Source of the DNA: the human T2T-CHM13v2.0 reference genome, Homo sapiens
Direction: 5' to 3' (one strand)
Length of the DNA stretch: 64,000 nucleotides
NCBI RefSeq assembly: GCF_009914755.1
Contig: NC_060933.1
This document shows, piece by piece, positions 60,451 to 64,000 of the stretch; the first letter of the stretch is position 1; every line of letters begins with the position of its first letter. The translations under genes were made by a program, and so were the position numbers. Under the pieces are notes generated by a model. The model was not told the DNA's origin, searched no databases, and saw only the letters and a list, made by a program, of their open reading frames with translations.

Positions 60451-61746
60451 CAAAAATACACGGGCAGTAATGCATTCGTGGTTTAGGCTTTTTCTAAGGT
60501 GCATTTGTTTAAATATTTTAAATTGCCTACAGAATTTAATTTAAAAGCAACCTGAAGTACATTTTAAAAGTAACTAGGAATATAGGAACACAATAGTTTG
60601 CTTTACCTTTAATTTTCTCAACCTGCCTAGTCAAGTATTAAAAAAGAAGAAAACAAACAAAAGTGGATGTGAGCCTGATTATAGGGAAAATGCTGTTATT
60701 TTTCTGATTATAGAGAGTTTTCAGTTTGTGGTTGGGGACTTGTTTTTTCTGATTTCTCAGCCTGTCTCGGGTGGCTTCCCCCAGCCATTGAAGGAACTTG
60801 AGTGAGGAATCAGTGAATGGTAGTGGACTTTGTGTGCAGTACACCACCCCAACAACAAAAACACACAAAAACAGACAAGGAATTAATTTCAGTAAAAACT
60901 TCCTAATAATTAAAACCCTCCTACAGTGTGAGAGTATTCAGACAGGTTTGTCAGGGACAGTGGGGAGGCAGTTTGTGTATCAGAATCCGTATGTGGAATC
61001 CCAAGTTCGGTTGCCTGCTGCTCAACACGTGATGCTGCAGCAACTCTTGGACCTTGTTCAGAAGGGATTTGAATAGCCTGTTCTCTCTAGGGGTCCTCAT
61101 GCTGCAGCTGTGCCCATGGCTCCCCAAGCCTGGCTCTAACTGTGTTGTTTTGAGCAGGGTTAATAAGCACGAACTCGTCTACACATTGTAGTGTGTATAA
61201 TTCCTGAGCTCCACCACCACACCTTGAATTATCAGGAACTGACCTTTTACTTCCTGTGGACCTAGTGATGCCGTCGCATGAGTAGGCCCTTTCCTTGGGC
61301 TATTAAAATCATCAAGTTGGTTCACTCGAGATAACATTATAGAGATTTCTCATGAACGCTGTATACAAGGTGCTCTCCTAGGGTGCTTCTAACAAATCCA
61401 TCAGTCCAGTGGGTCAGGTGATCAGCAATCTGGTATAAATAATCTCAAGAAGGAGGTTGAGCTGCATTTCCTTTATTATATTTTAAAATAATCTTTAAAA
61501 CACATATTTTGCCAAGGTTTCAGATAGGAAGCTTTAATCATTTATTCACCCATCAGGAATTGTCCAGAATGAATTTGCATTTCCTTTTGTTGCACACTAT
61601 GATAATTTATTATTCTTTTGAATAGCATGGTATCCTAAATGCCAGAAAAGATGTGTGATGGGAAACTAAATAAACCATATCAGAATTTAAGCAAGTTTTC
61701 TGGATAGATATTCCTTTATGGTTGATATATTAATGTGCTTTAGCTA

Positions 61747-64000
61747 CAGGCATACCTTGTTTTACTGGGTCTTGCTTTATTGTGCTTCACAGAGACTGTT
61801 TTTCACAAATTGAAGGCTGTAGCAACCCTGAATGGAGCTGTTCTTCCAATAGCCTGTGCTCACTTCGTGTCTCTGTGTCACATTTTGGTAACTCTCACAA
61901 TGTTTCAAACTTTCTTATTATTACTTTATCTGTTACATGATTTGTGGTTAGTGATCTTTGATGTTACTATTGTAATAGTTTTAGAGTGCCGTGAACTGTG
62001 CCCCCATCAGACAGCAAACTTAATTAATGTGTGTGTTCTGACTGCTTCATGCTATTCCCCCTTCTTTCCCTCTCCTCAGGCTTCCCCATTCTCTGAGACA
62101 ACAGTATTGAAATTAGGCCAATTAATAACCCTACACGGGAGGGCCTCTAAGTGTACAAATGAGAGGAAGAGTCTCACATCTCTCACTTTAAATCAAAATC
62201 TAGAAATGATTAACCTTAGAGTGGAAGGCATGTCGAAAGCCAATGAGCCAAAAGCTAGGTGCGTTGTGCCCAACAGCCAAGTTATAAATGCAAGTAAAAA
62301 GAAGTTAAAGGAAATTAAAAGTGCTACTCCAGTGGTAAGAAAATGAAACAGCCTTATTGCTGAAATAGGGATAGTTTTAGTGGTCTGGATAGAAGCTCAA
62401 ACCAGCCATAATATTCCCTTAAGCCAAAGCCTAATCCAGAGCAAAACCCCTCACTCTCTTCAATTCTATGAAGGCTGAGAGAGATGAGAAAGCTGCAGAA
62501 GAAAGGTTTGAAGCTAGCAGAGGTTGGTTCATTAAGTTTAATGAAAGAAACCATCTCCATAATGTGAAAGTACAAAGTGAAGCGGCAAGTACTGATGTGG
62601 AATCTGCAGCAAGTTATCTAGAAGATCTAGCTAAGATCATTGATGAAGGTGGCTACACCAAACAACAGATTTGCAGTGTGGATAAGACAGCCTTCTATTG
62701 GAAGAAGATGCCATCTAGGACTTTCATAGCTAGAGAAGAGATGTCAGTGACTGGCCTCAAATCTTCAAAGGACAGACAGACTCCCTTGTTATGTGACTAA
62801 TGCAGCTGGTGACTTTAACTTGAAGCCAATGCTCATTTATCATTCCAAAAATCCTAGCGCCTCTAAGAATTATGCTAAATCTACCCTGCCTGTGTTCTAT
62901 AAATGGAACTACAAAGCCTGGGTGACAGCACAGCTGTTTATAGCATGGTTTACTGAATATTTTAATCCCATTGTTGAGACCTACTGCTCAGAAAAAAAGA
63001 TTTCTTTCAAAATATTACTGCCTATTAATGGTGTACCTAGTCACCCAAGAGCTCTGATGGAGATGTACAAGGAGATAATGTTTTCATGCCTGCTAATAAT
63101 TCTGTAGCCCGTGGATCAAGGAGTAATTTCAACTTTTAAGATTTACTATTTAAGAAATACATTTTGTAAGGCTGTAGCTGCCATAGATAATGATTCTTCT
63201 GGTGAATCTGAGCAAGGTAAATTGAAAACCTTCTGGAAAGGATTAGCCATTCTAGATGCCGTTAAGAACATTTGTGGTTCATGGGAGGAGGTCAAAATAC
63301 CAACATTAATAAGAATTTGGAAGAAGTTGATTCCAACCCTCATGGATGCCTTTGGAGGGGTTCAAGACCCTGAGGATGTTCTTTGGGGGTGGACCTTGAA
63401 GATGTGACTGAATTGCTGCAATCTCATGATAAAACTTGAATGGATGAGGAGTTGCTGCTTATGGATGAGCAAAGAAAGTAGTTTCTTGAGATGGAATATA
63501 CTTCTGGTGAAGATGCTGTGAACACTGTTGAAATGACCACAAAGAATTTGAATATTACATCAACTTAGTTGATAAAGCAGTGGCAGAGTTTGAGAGGATT
63601 GACTCCTCTGAAATTTCAAAGAAATTCTGTGAGTAAAATGCTGTCAAACAGCATCACATACTACAGAGAAGTTCTTTGGGAAGGAAAAGACCCCCAGTGC
63701 TAACAAGCTTAATTATTGTCTGTTTTTGAGAAAATGTCATAGCCCTCCAACTTTCAGCAACCACCACCCTGATTAGCCATCAGTATTGAGCCAAAACCCT
63801 CTGTCAGCAAAAAGATCATGGCTCACTGAAAGCTCAGATAATGGTTAACATTTTCTAGCAATAAAGTATTTTTAAATTATGGTGTATTGTGTGTGTGTTT
63901 TTTTTAAGACATAATGCTACTTCACACTTAAACTATAGTACAAACATAACTTTTATGTTTGTACTATACTGTAGTACACACATGTACTGGGAAACCAAAA
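61747..64000 (+). mobile_element. Tigger1 DNA transposon (pogo/Tc1-mariner), near full length; 3' TIR beyond window
   Basis: TA followed by TIR CAGGCATACCTTGTTTTA at 61747; transposase remnants; subterminal ..actgggaaaccaaaa at the window end. Confidence 0.93.
62130..63550 (+). pseudogene. Tigger1 transposase remnant
   Basis: Fragments [29 protein letters not shown] (62468..62800), [15 protein letters not shown] (62793..63107) and DQGVISTFK (63111..63407); multiple frameshifts and stops; ends approximate. Confidence 0.85.

Noticed and set aside
61780-63407. Possible domesticated TIGD-like gene
   Set aside because: The transposase is fragmented by frameshifts and stops and sits in an ordinary TIR-bounded Tigger1.

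Overview
Primate (almost certainly human) genomic DNA covering the 5' end of TLE4, a Groucho/TLE transcriptional co-repressor on the + strand. About 30 kb of repeat-rich upstream sequence precedes a CpG-island promoter (~30.7-34.0 kb). That upstream sequence holds a 5.2-kb 5'-truncated, inactivated L1PA, an older L1 3' fragment, MaLR/ERV solo LTRs, Alus, MIR/L2 remnants and hAT MITEs. After a long uORF-containing leader come coding exons 1-4 (84 codons of the N-terminal Q domain, all with GT-AG junctions), then ~27 kb of intron 4, which ends in a near-full-length decayed Tigger1 running off the window. I see no new multi-gene system. The most interesting signals are small-scale: uORFs and a weak first ATG, a candidate poison microexon created by a tandem duplication, an L1 inserted into one copy of a tandem duplication, template-switch hairpins, a tail-only retroposition scar, and an Alu-derived (TTC)n tract. 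Repeat family names are assigned from memory of consensus sequences and need RepeatMasker/Dfam confirmation.
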